Assembly: GCA_950097015.1 (NCBI GenBank)
Contig: CATNEN010000038.1
Location: 33,170,001 to 33,234,000 of the forward strand
Source: Macrostomum hystrix
Lineage: Eukaryota > Animalia > Platyhelminthes
Reading direction: 5' to 3'
Length of the DNA stretch: 64,000 nt
Part shown: piece by piece, positions 12,076 to 24,259 of the stretch
Layout: each line of letters opens with the position of its first letter
Position numbering within the stretch: the stretch's first letter is position 1
The notes under the pieces: generated by a model
Database searches by the model: none
Seen by the model: the letters and a program-made list of their open reading frames with translations, nothing else
What the model was told of the DNA's origin: nothing
Translations under genes and position numbers: made by a program

Positions 12076-12738
12076 GTGCAAATCAAGGCAGAGAAAGCTA
12101 CCCAGAACGCTGTCACTCGTGTTTTTGGGATTCAACCAACTGGGTGCCTGTTCCACCTATGCCAGTGCGTGCACAAAAGAATGATTAGTGCTGGGCTGAA
12201 AGGGCGCTACGACGAGCCTGGTGGCGAATTCGCGCTTGGGATTCGCTGCCTGCCTGCACTTGCTTTTGTGCCTCCAGATGATGTGCCTAATGCATTCGTA
12301 GCATTGACTACTTCAGCCGATTTTCCACCTGACGCATTGGTTGTTGCCGACTACTTTGAAGACACGTGGGTCGGTCGTCCTCGCGTCGGTGGAGAACGAC
12401 GACCGCCAAAGTTTTCTCTGCAATGCTGGAACGTGCGGCAGCGGACAATTGATGGGCGAATGAGAACGAACAACAGCGCGGAAGCCTGGCACCGCCGCTT
12501 TTCGGCCATCCTTGACTGCCATGGCCCAAATGTTTTTCGTCTCCGCAGGGAGATAAGAGCCGAGCAAATGGCACAGCAACAGAAGATCGGGCTGGCCATT
12601 GCTGGTGTGCGGCCGGAACGAAAGCGTAAGTACAAGGATCTGGATGCGCGGATTCAGACGGTTACAAATAGCTATGGTGACGTACAGTATCCGATCTGCA
12701 CCTACGTGCGTGGCATTGCTCATAACCTGAAGGTATGA
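12076..12738 (+). pseudogene. MULE/Mutator transposase C-terminal fragment
   Basis: GCLFHLCQ (CxxH), YFEDTW, RTNNSAEAWH; N-terminus absent. Confidence 0.8.
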
Positions 12739-12894
12739 GCTAACATTTCTGTTCGATGCCGAGAAAACATTTCTGTTCGCAATAATTCTTTTTTGGTGCT
12801 CTGCTGTTCTGTTATGACATGGTCGCTTTTCGACAAGTGTTTGCCAGAGACGAATGATGTTCATTATTGGAATTCTTTTACTCATACCGCCTGA

Positions 12895-13215
12895 AGATAA
12901 GTGTGTCCCCTTAAAGTGCCCAAGTGACCCACAACTGCGCCAAAATCCCAGATTGGCACACTTTAGTGTGCCAACAAATGCGCAGGGTACTTATTGGCAC
13001 ACTTGTGCATCCGTGTCACTGACTGGGTCATTGCGCAGTTGTTGGCACAGTTAGATGCCCATGTGCCACTGGAACAGTTGTGTCGCAGTTATGGCACACT
13101 TACGAACTGTGCCAACAAGTGTGTCATAAGTGCGCCAAATTCTGCCAAAAAGCCAGTTAGATGCCTATATGTGCCAGCGTGTTTAACTGTGCTACTGGCA
13201 CCGCACCATTGTGTC
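12895..13215. repeat. Degenerate GTGCC/GGCAC-rich subterminal-type repeat cluster
   Basis: Many short GTGCC(A)/TGGCAC units in both orientations. Confidence 0.45.
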
Positions 13216-13781
13216 GCATTTATTTTCTGGCAGGAAATTGGGTCATTCCTATATGTGAAATTAATGGAGTGTCATATTATTAACTTTTTTAGTACATTGT
13301 TTGATTTTAAATGAAAGCTTGCCAAAATAGCTACGCATCTCAGTCTAGTGTCATAACATGTGGTGCAATTTTGGAGGAAGAATATTTCAGGTCAATGTTC
13401 CATTCTGTCTGTATTAGTGTGTCAATTTTACAACTTATTACCACGTTTTATCACTTTTACCGCCGGTTTACCACTCTGCTTTGTGGGTCAGCGCTTGGAG
13501 CCTGTGATAGTCTGGGCATCAAGCCATTTTTCCTCTTCCACCCTGAAAGTTGCACACAGTAGCTAAGCATCCATAACGTTATTTATTTGACACTCTGGAA
13601 AACTGCCCTGGCGCTATTTCCAAGACCACTCCAAGGGCCCCCTGAGATAATGACATCCGCATCTCAACGAAACTCTTACTGCATTCCGCCCATTCCTCTA
13701 CTGGTTGCATCATACCGATATGAGTTTCTTACTCTGATAAAGTGATTCCAAATTTGGTCCGTAAAAACTAAAATTTCTGCC

Positions 13782-13915
13782 CAGGGGCGTAGGGAATTTT
13801 TTCATCAGACACTACCTAAAATGAATGTTATGAGAGAAATAGGGAAAAGCAAGTAGGAAAGAAAGAAAAAAAGCAGGACCGATACCACCAAAACAAAATC
13901 CTGGCTACGCGACTG
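13782..13915. mobile_element. 134-bp hAT-like MITE
   Basis: Ends CAGGGGCGTAG / CTACGCGACTG; 8-bp flanks TTTCTGCC / ATTCTGCC (7/8 match). Confidence 0.55.
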
Positions 13916-15008
13916 ATTCTGCCTAGTGAGTCTTCCTCCAAGATATTGATATTTTCATTTCACGAGTAAAACTTCCAATCAACTATGTACTGATGTACTG
14001 AGGTGCACTTTTGTGCCTATCATGATATGTACCCCTTTGTGCTTAATATGCAGTGTTTTGTACTTTGCCGCATTTGAGGAGTGTTTCTCTTCTTTCTTGC
14101 TTTTGTCACTTTTTACATGGTGTTTTAGGTGTTGTGAACAATTTGAACCCATTTTGCTCTTGTGCATTATTTTACGAAATTAGCTTTTTATTGTGTTCAA
14201 CATGTGCACCTTTAGCAAGACATGTACCTGCAGATTAGCCAGTAGCCTTACTTTTTAGGGAGTACGCTAAGAGGACTAAAATTAAGTATGTATTGTAAGT
14301 AAGTATTGTATATATTTTTGCAATGATATATACAAATTTGCAAATAAATACGAGCGTAAATAACGCCTATCAGGAAAAAATATGCAATTGAATTTATCAT
14401 ATCTGCAACTGAGTTCGGCAACCCGTAGCTTCGAGTAAATGATCGGCTCTTATTGGCGGGGGTCTTACGGACAGGTGCAGGATACTGTCCTGGTTTCGGT
14501 AAGGGCTGGGTGAGAGCGTAGCAGCAGTGACTGCCATGCCGATTAGAGTGTACACTCAAACCGATTGAGGCAAATGCGCTGGCTTGTAAGCCTGCTCCAC
14601 TGAGCTGTCAGCTCTATGGCAGAATGGGGCACTGCTGTTTACACGCGAAGAGAACTTTTAAAAGCCATTAAAGCGATTTTTCTTCAATATTTTCTTTTTT
14701 TCTGAAGAAGAAAATCGGAAAACTGCTGACATACACCAACCTTCAGTCAGTTTTTGCCAAATATCTCAATGGCCGAAGGGGCTGGAGACTTGGTCAGGAA
14801 AAATTGATCGGGATCATGCATGAGTGACGCTGAAATTATATAGATTCGTTGATATTCAGGGCGGCTAGTATACACTATACACACATGTGCGAGCGTACAT
14901 GCAAAATCTATAGATCTATACATGTACTTGTCCCCAGTCGAATGCAATTTTTCCACTGTCAATTGAAGTGGCAGTCAATAAATGTGCAGCCAAAAGTGTG
15001 GAATTGTC

Positions 15009-15151
15009 CGCAGTCAAATTGTGGCAGTCAAATGGCCGGCAGTCAAATTGTCCGCGGTCAAATGCTCGGCAGTCAAATTGTCCGCAGTCAAATGCTCCGC
15101 AGTCAAATGCTCCGCAGTCAAATGGTGGAAGTCAAATTGCAGCAGTCAAAT
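15009..15151. repeat. 15-bp minisatellite (GCAGTCAAATTGTCC-like)
   Basis: About 9 degenerate tandem units visible. Confidence 0.85.
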
Positions 15152-15496
15152 GTCGTAGTTCATTTTTCACCGTGTCCCTTTCCATACTGACCCCCCTCCA
15201 GTCTAGCATCTGCACCCACTTTGTTTTCTCTCTCTGCGCACGTTAATGTCTGTTAACCCCAATGTACACCCCCAGGGTTTTCATACACTGTTGTCTCTCC
15301 TCGCGGTCGGCCGCCCTTTCCCTCCTTGCATATCAAAAATATAATAAATGCCTGATGTTAAGAAAAGTGAAACAGCTAAGCTAAGTCGTAGACAGATTTA
15401 AACAATAACTCAACCTCTAGTACGTTTTTTCACTACTGAAATCGTCAAAATGGTTCCTGTAATTATTTACGCAGTAGGGAATATATAAAAAAATCA

Positions 15497-15685
15497 AAAC
15501 GAAGAGATTTAAATATTCGTCGCATCGTTGAATCGGCTATTATCCCTACTCGACAAACTGCCGGTTCTATCGGATATGATCTAGCAGCTGCAGAAAACGG
15601 TTATAAACCTGCGTTTGAGCGTGGTGTGATTCGAACGGTAATCTCTGTTCAACCGCCGGTTGGTACCTGTAGGCGGGTAAAGTGA
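15497..15685 (+). pseudogene. dUTPase N-terminal fragment
   Basis: LNIRRIVESAIIPTRQTAGSIGYDLAAAENGYKPAFERGVIRTVISVQPPVGTCRRVK*: motif I (GYDL) in typical context; stops just before motif II. Confidence 0.75.
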
Positions 15686-16569
15686 GTGGTTTTAACCGGT
15701 TTTAATGTTAAAGCAGTCCGCCTCGCTGTCTCGCTTTCTCATAACCCGTCACCTACTCACATCGCTCCTTGCGTGCTTTACGTGCTGAAAGTATGTGTAC
15801 TTTCACTATCACCCCAAACTTGTGGTGATGTGTGCCGACCACGTAGGTTTTATATGGCAGCATGGCTCTCCTTTTAGCGTGAGAGGGTGTCACTGCTGCT
15901 CGATTGTTAGTTTTAATAAAATGATTTAAATAATAAATCATTGCTCGAGGATTTCAAGGAGTATCTTAAAATTTACAAAAGAACAAAAAGCTTTTTCCAC
16001 AACTGCGCAGTTTAGCTGCTATTATGCGGCACATCGGGACGGACGACAGATTCGATGTTATAAAGGAATACTATCGCCGCGCTGTCTTATCTTTCTAACT
16101 GAGAAGAGCGATTCCTTCGCTGCCCCTTGTAAGCCTTATGTTAATGTGCTTGTTCGACTTGGCACTTGCCTACAATCCCGATTTGTAAGCTCATTGAACG
16201 TAGTGAAATGATTCCAGAGCTAGATTCGTTTGATGCGACTTGTCTGTACTACGGAATGTCTCGTTTACATGATGAAAAATGCGCCGAAACTTTGCGCAGA
16301 ATAAAACTGGACAAGTAGCTACTATCCGATAAAGAAATTTGTGTCAATCGTGATTACATGCAAGCACTTAAGTCTCGTTCTGAGGCCAATATTCAATCTG
16401 AATATTGAGGCAAATATAGCGTTTCAAACGCTCTAATGAAATAATTCACTAGTTGGATTCTAAGTTTTCTCTGCTTTGTTGTTCAGCGCTTAAAAATGTT
16501 TAAAATGTAAAAATGCTTAAATTTTTAAAAAATACATAGTACTACGAGAGTAGAGATAAATTTTAACAG

Positions 16570-17860
16570 CACTTGTCAACAACACGATGTGTAAAACACG
16601 ACAGTGCGGAGACATCAACCATATGATTTTCAGCCATAAAACCGGAGCTTCAGGCCAGATGTTTATCTGTGTGGGAGTAGTTAAGAATTTGTTTATTGCC
16701 TATGGTGTGCATCGACTTAAAACTGGCGCCAAACCTCCAATCATTTTTCTTTTCGTCACAAGAGACCATTCATTATTAAATGAATCTTCGACTCGACGAA
16801 GCGACCGAGCTAGCCAAAAACCGACTGGCCCTACATCAGCAGCTACGAGACGAGCACTACTCAAGCCTACCAGCAGCAAAGACGCTCAAGCCTGGCGATC
16901 TAGTTTTCATCAATAATCCGACGATACAACCAGACGAGGCGGCTAAATTTCACCGTCCTCGGAAAGCCCTTTATGAAGTCGTTGAGCAAAAGGGTGAGGT
17001 AGTTTCTACACCTGCTTCTAATCAAGCCGCCAAAGAAAACAGGCAGGCTGTTCACCTTCGCCAGCCTGTCGGCGTGCCCACTCGCCGTCTCACCAGCCAG
17101 CCGGTCGCAGCCACTTCTCAGCTTGCGGCAACAGTTGCAGTGGAGCGCGACCCCATCCTATGGGGAATTCGCCAGATTCGCGCAGCGCAAGAAGTGGCGC
17201 CAACGGAACCTGAGGCAGTTCGTCGGCCGCTATCGTCGCTCCATCAAATTAACTGGTCGCCTGCACGAGAGATGGCCGTGGAACCCAACCTAGCTCGTCT
17301 GATGATCAAAACCGAAGCGATAACACCACCACGGACGCCACCCTCGCCTGCGCCGGGCATGGTGCTGCCCACTGCACCGCCGAAGTATTGCGATGCGGGC
17401 ATTATGACGGAGCAGAGCCCGGCCACAATCGAATTGCGCGTTCACGGCTGCGCGAGAACTGGCAGCGCTGATCTCCGACACGGCTCGGTTTGACGTCACG
17501 ATGGACTTTCATAGTTGGCCCATGATTCGGATCCTGGCGCTGACCGTCGCTGATCACCAAGCCATCCTGGACGCCGCCTTGGCCCTGTCTAGTCCCGTTC
17601 TGCGGCCCGCTCGCCACCCGGTTGCTGCCTGGGCGGCCGCAGAAGCGTTTGCAAAGGCAGTCACACTAAGGGTAGGTCCATTACCCTTGGATAGGATAAT
17701 GGATAAGCCAATTGTGCCAATGGTTACATGTCCTGCACCAGGATCGGCGTGTTTTGTTACAGCCAAGGCCAAGGATTGTGTACGAAGTCTCTGTCCCTGC
17801 TTGAGAATGCTGCCGGATCGACAGGCAAAAGTATGGCGTACACGTCAGGGGACGCTGTAA
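16570..17860 (+). pseudogene. Decayed Gypsy integrase C-terminus and 3' region
   Basis: LKPGDLVFI...KFHRPRKALYEVVE resembles the GPY/F module that follows the integrase core. Confidence 0.5.
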
Positions 17861-17969
17861 GTCTGAAGTTGTAAACGGCTCCTTTGTCTGGCAAAGGCCA
17901 CTGCCGAGGTAACGGCGCTGGCAATTGGTGCAGCTGCTGCATCAGTTGACCTCGCGGAGGCCCCTCCTC

Positions 17970-18110
17970 ATCCCGCCAACGCCGATCCCGCCGACGCCGA
18001 TCCCGCCGACGCCGATCCCGCCGACGCCGATCCCGCCGACGCCGATCCCGCCGATCCCGCCGACGCCGATCCCGCCGATCCCGCCGACGCCGATCCGGTC
18101 GATCCCGCCG
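17970..18110. repeat. 15-bp GC-rich minisatellite (CCGACGCCGATCCCG)
   Basis: Tandem units directly visible. Confidence 0.9.
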
Positions 18111-18419
18111 TTCCCGCCGCCATACCACCGGACCAGTTTGGCGGGGCCGGTCCCGGCCCGTCGGCGGTAGCGGAGGACGAGGAGGAAGAAGAAGAAGAAG
18201 AGCAGCAGCCGAGGGCCAAGAGGCAATGTGTGAAAAAGGTGTGTTTTTAACACTTGTTTTGATATTTTATTAAGTGATTATCAGCTTTTAAATTTTGTTA
18301 AAGCTAATTATCCTTTTGTAGAACCTGTTCAAACTTGTATTAACAATAAAAAAAATTATTATGTTTCAATTGGAGAAAGCATTCAAGCAGCATTCCAGAA
18401 TCTTGACTTTTTTAATTTA

Positions 18420-19090
18420 GTTTTAGAAGGTTCTTTACAAGAAAAATCTCCATTTTTCACAAGCCCATACTTTCTAAATTATATTGCTCCACTTGTGGAT
18501 AGTCCACTTAAAAATGCTATATATATAGGCTTTATACTGATGAGTTTGAAGTTGCTAATCCAATTGGCAAAGCACGTTGTAAGCACAAAATGTATGCAAT
18601 TTACTTTAGAATTCTAAATGCACCATATGAGGTTGCATCACAAGACAAATGTTTTTTTTAGTTTGTTTGCTCAATTACAAGTCTACAAAGCAATGATCAC
18701 TTTCCTCCACTTACTTTAAATGAAGTCTATGAGCCAATTATAGTAGAAATAAATAATTTATATGACTTAGGTATTGATATCAATAAGTATGGCCAAAAAA
18801 TAAATGTCCCTATAATTGCTTGCTTTTGTACAGGTGATAATTTATCAATAAATAGCCTTCTTGGTCTTCAAACTAATTTTGCCTCAGGAAAGGTTTGTCG
18901 ATTTTGCACTGCCAAGGCAACTGATTGTGACTTTTGTCTCATTGAAAATAAACTATTCCAAAGAAGTTCTGATTGGGAAATAGATGAAACTACAGGTATT
19001 TTAAAGGAATGTCCATTTTTAAGCCTTGGATATGCAACCATACCCTACTTTTTTCCTCCAGACTTTTTTCACGACCTTTTAGAAGGAATT
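18420..19090 (+). pseudogene. CACTA/EnSpm-type transposase fragment (second family)
   Basis: Manual translation: LYTDEFEVANPIGKARCKHKMYAIYF, CTGDNLSINSLLG..CRFC, PPDFFHDLLEG; frameshifted. Confidence 0.75.
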
Positions 19091-19624
19091 TCCCACTTTT
19101 CCCACTTTCCCACTTTTTCGACAATGAACTTGACAAAGTGTCTCATCCTCCAATTGTGCTACTCAGAAATTTCCCAGCCACCCAAATCTCCCATGACCAG
19201 CCACCAAAGTCTCCCCTATACTCAGCCATGCACCCAAATCTGCCGAAACCAGCCACCCAAGTCTCCCCTACTCAGCCACCCAAACAGTTGCTCAGTTGCT
19301 CAAATTTGCTCAGTTGCTTACCATTGCTCACATTTGCTCACATTTATTCACAATTTCTCACAATTGCTCTATGTTCTGTTTTTTGTCTCTTTAATAAAAA
19401 AATACAATTTAAGTGCTGGATAACTGAGACAATTATTCCACTATTCAATCAACGAAATGAATTATGAAATATTTCTGGTCATATATAATATGCTTATATA
19501 CTGCTTAATTACTTCTTTAATCTATAAATGCAGTACGATAACTGCAATGATGGGTTTTATTTAAGGATTCCACGTTTACAGAGAGAAATTTATCGTAAAA
19601 GAGCCGAAAATAACACAAACACGA

Positions 19625-20138
19625 GAAATGTGGCCGAAAAAGTAGCCAAAAAGTGGCCAAACGCAAGTAGCCTAAAAGTGGCCAAGAGTGTCCCACGTTC
19701 GGCCACTTAAAAAGTGGCCGGAAATGTGGCCACTTAAAAAGTGGCCGGAAATGTGGCCGAACGTGGGACACTCTTGGCCACTTTTAGGCTACTTGCGTTT
19801 GGCCACTTTTCAGCTACTTTTTTACGGCCACATATTTTTTACAGTGTAATGTTGCCGAAAGTGTCCCGCGTAGGGCCACATAAAACGTTGCCGCCTCATG
19901 ACCATCATAATATGCAAAAATATGTGGCCGAAACGTGGCAAAAAAGTGGCCGAACGGGGGTAGACAAAAAGTGGCCGAACGTGTCCCACATAGGGCCACT
20001 ATAAAAGTAGCCGCCTGCACGGCCACTTAAAAAGTGGCCATCCTTATGTGGCCATACGCGGGATACTTTCGGCCACTTTTTGTCTACTTACGTTCGGCCA
20101 CTTTTTTGCCACGTTTTCGGCCACATATTTTTACAGTG
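19625..20138. mobile_element. Two CACTG-type right termini with palindromic GTGGCC subterminal repeats
   Basis: CGGCCACATATTTTT(T)ACAGTG ending at 19846 and 20138; long inverted repeat ~19645-19707 vs ~19754-19816. Confidence 0.65.
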
Positions 20139-20178
20139 TACGCTAAAATCCATCTGGTGGACAGTAAGAGGATAGTGA

Positions 20179-21150
20179 ATGCATGCTGGAAGGCGACTAG
20201 AAGGCGCTTGGTCGAATGATAGGTTTCGAAAAAGTAGGTTCGAACCACGTACGAAGAGACCGGAAGAACCCACACTGCCGAAAGGAGAAGTGAAGACGCA
20301 AAAGCTCACCGAAAATTTGGTGAATAGACTGGTTGAATTTGTCAGTGACTACCCTACCGCTACGCTGGAGCAGATGAGTTCGCACCTGCTTCAGGGCAAC
20401 GACGATGACTTAAACATCAGTCTCAGTGCCATTAGTCGTGCTCTGGATGACCATTTGATCACACTAAGGCTTCTGCGCCAGGTCCCTGTTGATTGGAACA
20501 CGCGTCACGAAAGAAAGTCGCAGAATGCACGTGCAGTGGCTTCTGGATGAAGGCATCTTCTGTTCATGGACGAGTTCGGTGTGAACATCTATCTGGACGG
20601 CCAGAACTCAGGGTCGAGCCCCCAGAGGAATACCAGCAGTGACGGTGGTGAATAGTCAGCGAGGCCAAAATCTTACAATCTGCCTTGTCATCTCGCAACA
20701 GCTGGGGCTCGTGCACTACACGCTGGTCGAAGGTGGATTCTGAAACGAGCATTTCGTGGATTTTGTCTTGGTCCACCAGCTGGTGGAAGGAAACTTCGTG
20801 CTTCTGTCTGATGGCGCCCGTGCTCATCTGAATGCACCAAGGATGAGCGATGGCCACAATCACAGATTCCTTCCACCTTACTCGCCCTTCCTGAACCCGG
20901 CCGAAAGAGCGGGCGCTGCCATCAAGGCTGACCTGAAGAGACGCCTGCACGTGGGTGGAATTCAGGTGGATGTCGCCAACAGGCAACAGGCTGCAGCGCA
21001 TGACCTCACGTTGCATCAGCACAGGATGCACATCCTGAAACGCGAGGTTGCGCTATCCATGAGCAGCATCACGGCACCAAAGGTTCTGCAGTGGGTGAAC
21101 CACTATTGTACTTCCAGCGTTGTCTGAATCTCGATGACGTTTACTTTTAG
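20179..21150 (+). pseudogene. Decayed IS630/Tc1-like transposase, related to 10253-11323
   Basis: PTATLEQM..ISRAL, FMDEFG, LSDGARAH..LPPYSPFLNPAE; several frameshifts and stops. Confidence 0.8.
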
Positions 21151-21374
21151 ATTTAACAATTATCATGATGATCAAAAACATGTCACATTACGGTTTTTGT
21201 GTTCCACGGTTAATTCGTTTAAAGTTTGATGTTACACCTAGTTTACCTTCTGTCATTTAAATGTTACTTTCTTATATTAATCTAAACTCCAGAGTTGAGA
21301 TATAATTTATTCCTTTGCAAGTAATTATAATTTCAAAAATAATTTAAAGCATGATTCTGCAGGATAACATATTC

Positions 21375-21620
21375 GACTTTTGTCCGTGCGGAACTTACCA
21401 AGCTAAAAACTGTATTGTAATGTGTGAACATAACAACGCGGTTTTCAATGCGGGAAATACCGCATTGAACTAACCAGATATTTCAATTCATTTATTATAT
21501 CACATGTCAAATATTCAATGCGGTATTTATGTACAACTTTCGTTGCGGTATTTATAATATGACTTTCGATGCGGTTTTTTGATGCAGTTTTCAATGCAGT
21601 ATTTATTTACGACTTTCGTT
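21375..21620 (+). repeat. Dispersed repeat, second copy at ~37958-38250
   Basis: Shared GACTTT.GTCCG.GCGGA...TGTGTGAACA.AACAA...TACCGCATTGAAC...TCAAATATT sequence. Confidence 0.7.
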
Positions 21621-22181
21621 GCCTGTTCCAAGTAGGTCTTGATTTCTTGCTTCAGTGCGAAGCACATTTAAAATATATATTTGCAGCTACATTTCCTGAT
21701 CCATTTTTCATATCATTTTCGACACCAGGTTCTAGCTTTCATGGTATTTTCTGACTGCCAACAAAAACATTTTTAAGTGGTAATACGTATATCCTTTTAT
21801 GCCAAGTCTTGGCACAACTAATGAGATTTTTATAGTCAGTTGGTATTTTGCCCATGCATTTTTATTTCCATTTGTTCTTGTTTTATGTGTTCCTAGTAAG
21901 TCTAGACTTTTTTGCTTCATTGCTAAATGCATTTAAAAATATATATTTGTACCTACAATTCCTACCTATATTTTCTATTTTCTAGGCCCACTTTTGATTT
22001 ACGAGTAATAGTGTTTCACGACAGCTGCGTAAAGACATTTGTAAATCAATTTTCAACATCAGAAACTAATCTTAATGTATATGAATACAACATTTAAACC
22101 TCAAAGATTGAATCAAAATTTCATCGATCAACGTTGTACATAAAATGGCATAAAAACACATTGAAAGTCATGTAAAATATA

Positions 22182-22263
22182 ACACATAGAGTTTAGGGAT
22201 GTATTTATTTAAACCCCGAAGGCCCGAGGGGTTCAAGAAAAATACAACCCTAAACTCTGTGTC
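22182..22263. repeat. ~80-bp imperfect palindrome
   Basis: ACACATAGAGTTTAGGGATGTATTT..AACCCC / GGGGTT..AAATACAACCCTAAACTCTGTGT. Confidence 0.75.
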
Positions 22264-22508
22264 ACCTCACTTAAATTCATGCGCTAAAAATACAACCCGC
22301 AAATTTATGTAACAGTCAGTAAGAAATCCCCGGGTTGTATTTAATTACAACCCGCAAATTGGCCATACACTTCGATACTGTATTGGGGGTGTGGGGGCGA
22401 AGCCTCCACATTCTATACCATAGACATATTTTCCTCGCTCGCACTCACTCTCTCTATTGAAATTGCAATTCAGCCCGGCTGTGTAGTCTATGGTTTTTTA
22501 TATAGCGA

Positions 22509-22850
22509 TTCTTATGCAGCAAAAGAGCCCGGCCGAGTCCTCTATGCTTTCTTATGCAGCAAAAGAGCCCGGCCGAGTCCCCTATGCTTTCTTATGCAGC
22601 AAAAGAGCCCGGCCGAGTCCCCTATGCTTTCTTATGCAGCAAAAGAGCCCGGCCGAGTCCCCTATGCTTTCTTATGCAGCAAAAGAGCCCGGCCGAGTCC
22701 CCTATGCTTTCTTATGCAGCAAAAGAGCCCGGCCGAGTCCCCTATGCTTTCTTATGCAGCAAAAGAGCCCGACTCAATCCTTAATGCTTTCTTATGCAGC
22801 AAAAGAGCCCGACTCAACCCTTAATGCTTTCTTATGCAGCAAAAGAGCCC
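22509..22850. repeat. 40-bp tandem repeat, ~8.5 copies
   Basis: Unit TTCTTATGCAGCAAAAGAGCCCGGCCGAGTCCCCTATGCT. Confidence 0.95.
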
Positions 22851-23227
22851 GCGACCCGCTTTGCTATAATTCTAAATTGATTACTACTGATAGCAATTGT
22901 TGCAGTGTTAGGTGCGAGATCAGTTGGCTGATTGAATACATATACCAGTCATGATAATTTTGTTTCAAATGGCGCAGTTGTGACAGCAGCGGAATGCAGT
23001 TCGAACATTCTATGAAATGAGTTTCATGCAGGGTATTATCTTACGTTAAATGATGACTGCAGCCCCATGCCACTGCCCGCACCTGAGTTAGGGACCCATT
23101 TCGCACTGTGATGATCGATCGAAATTTTTCCAATATACTGCGGGATATATAGTGACTATAGCGGTATTAGCTAGTGTTAGACGCGTTGCTGCTGCACTCA
23201 CGACATTGTTGGGTGCGTAGAACCACG

Positions 23228-23647
23228 ATGAATGCTCATCCTGTGGCGCTGTTCGGCTCGCCGGCCATCGTGGCACTCCTGGCCAGATGCGACATTGCCT
23301 GCCTGGCCCCGTTCCTGGCGCACCGAGGACGACTGGAGCAGCTGACCTGCCTGCAGCGCCACTGCCCGAATGCTGAGCTGAATGCCACCCAGCTACACAC
23401 CTTGCTGAAGAGCCTCCTGGACTGGCTGCTACAACACCAGACAGCTGCGGGCTACGAGACCATCCTGGAGGTGACCTGCCTAACAGAGAACGAGGCTTTC
23501 GACTTGGCCGAGCTGCTAGGCCTGCTGGAGGACACCTGTTCGGAGCTGCAGCACATTCTACACGGGCTGGACTACTGGCGCGGCGTGCAGCAAAGGGCAA
23601 GACTGCGAGAGTTGCTCCGGAGTCGCGAATATCGAATGGAGCAGTAG
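23228..23647 (+). CDS. Hypothetical 139-aa Leu-rich helical protein
   Basis: GC-rich intronless ORF, TATATA at ~23146, AATAAA at 23721. Confidence 0.6.
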   Translation: MNAHPVALFGSPAIVALLARCDIACLAPFLAHRGRLEQLTCLQRHCPNAELNATQLHTLLKSLLDWLLQHQTAAGYETILEVTCLTENEAFDLAELLGLLEDTCSELQHILHGLDYWRGVQQRARLRELLRSREYRMEQ

Positions 23648-23809
23648 CAGCAGCAAAAAGACTTAGCTAGACAGTTTAAATAACTTATCCCTGTTTGTGA
23701 ACCCAAACCAACTCTGCACCAATAAAAGAATGGTTTAGTATCAACTAAGTTGGCAGATCCAACTCGATACCGGTAAGTTTATTTTGGATAACCTAAAAAT
23801 AGACAGCAG

Positions 23810-23950
23810 AGTACAGTTCGTGGTGCGCGCACAATCCCTAAGAAATATATATACAAGACGATTCGATTAGAGCTGCTGCTTATCTACCTAAGAATAGCAG
23901 GCAAGTCCTTATATATTTTTAAGTAATGTGCGCGCACTATGAACTGTACT
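23810..23950. repeat. Imperfect hairpin site A (~41-bp arms)
   Basis: AGTACAGTTCGTGGTGCGCGCACAATCCCTAAGAAATATATA ... TATATATTTTTAAGTAATGTGCGCGCACTATGAACTGTACT. Confidence 0.9.
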
Positions 23951-24259
23951 TCTCGCTAAAAGTACACACTATCAACTTAACCGGGATCCGAATTAACCTA
24001 ATTAAGCACCTATTAATAGAATCTCAATCTATCAGTTTTTACTATAAGAAGTAGTAACAGTGGTACTATCTGCTGCTCATCCTAAATAGCCTGCTCCTTC
24101 TCCTTGGGATGTACTTGGGACTCTATTAATAGGGAATCCCACCATGTTGCACCCAGTTGAAGAAGTTGAGAACCTGGGACTGCGTTGGCTTTCTGCAGCC
24201 TGCTCATTTTCATACATCCAAATTTGAACGCGCCTATAATTAACCCGCGGAAGCACAGA

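Noticed and set aside
14430-14650. Possible structured RNA or ribozyme in a GC-rich island
   Set aside because: No recognisable catalytic core or Pol III boxes found by eye.
17757-18253. Arg/Asp-, Pro- or Gly-rich repeat proteins
   Set aside because: All frames are open only because of the 15-bp minisatellite; no independent coding evidence.
22509-22850. 40-bp array as CRISPR
   Set aside because: Head-to-tail units with no unique spacers, eukaryotic context, no cas genes. The same applies to 48883-49129 and 63127-63498.
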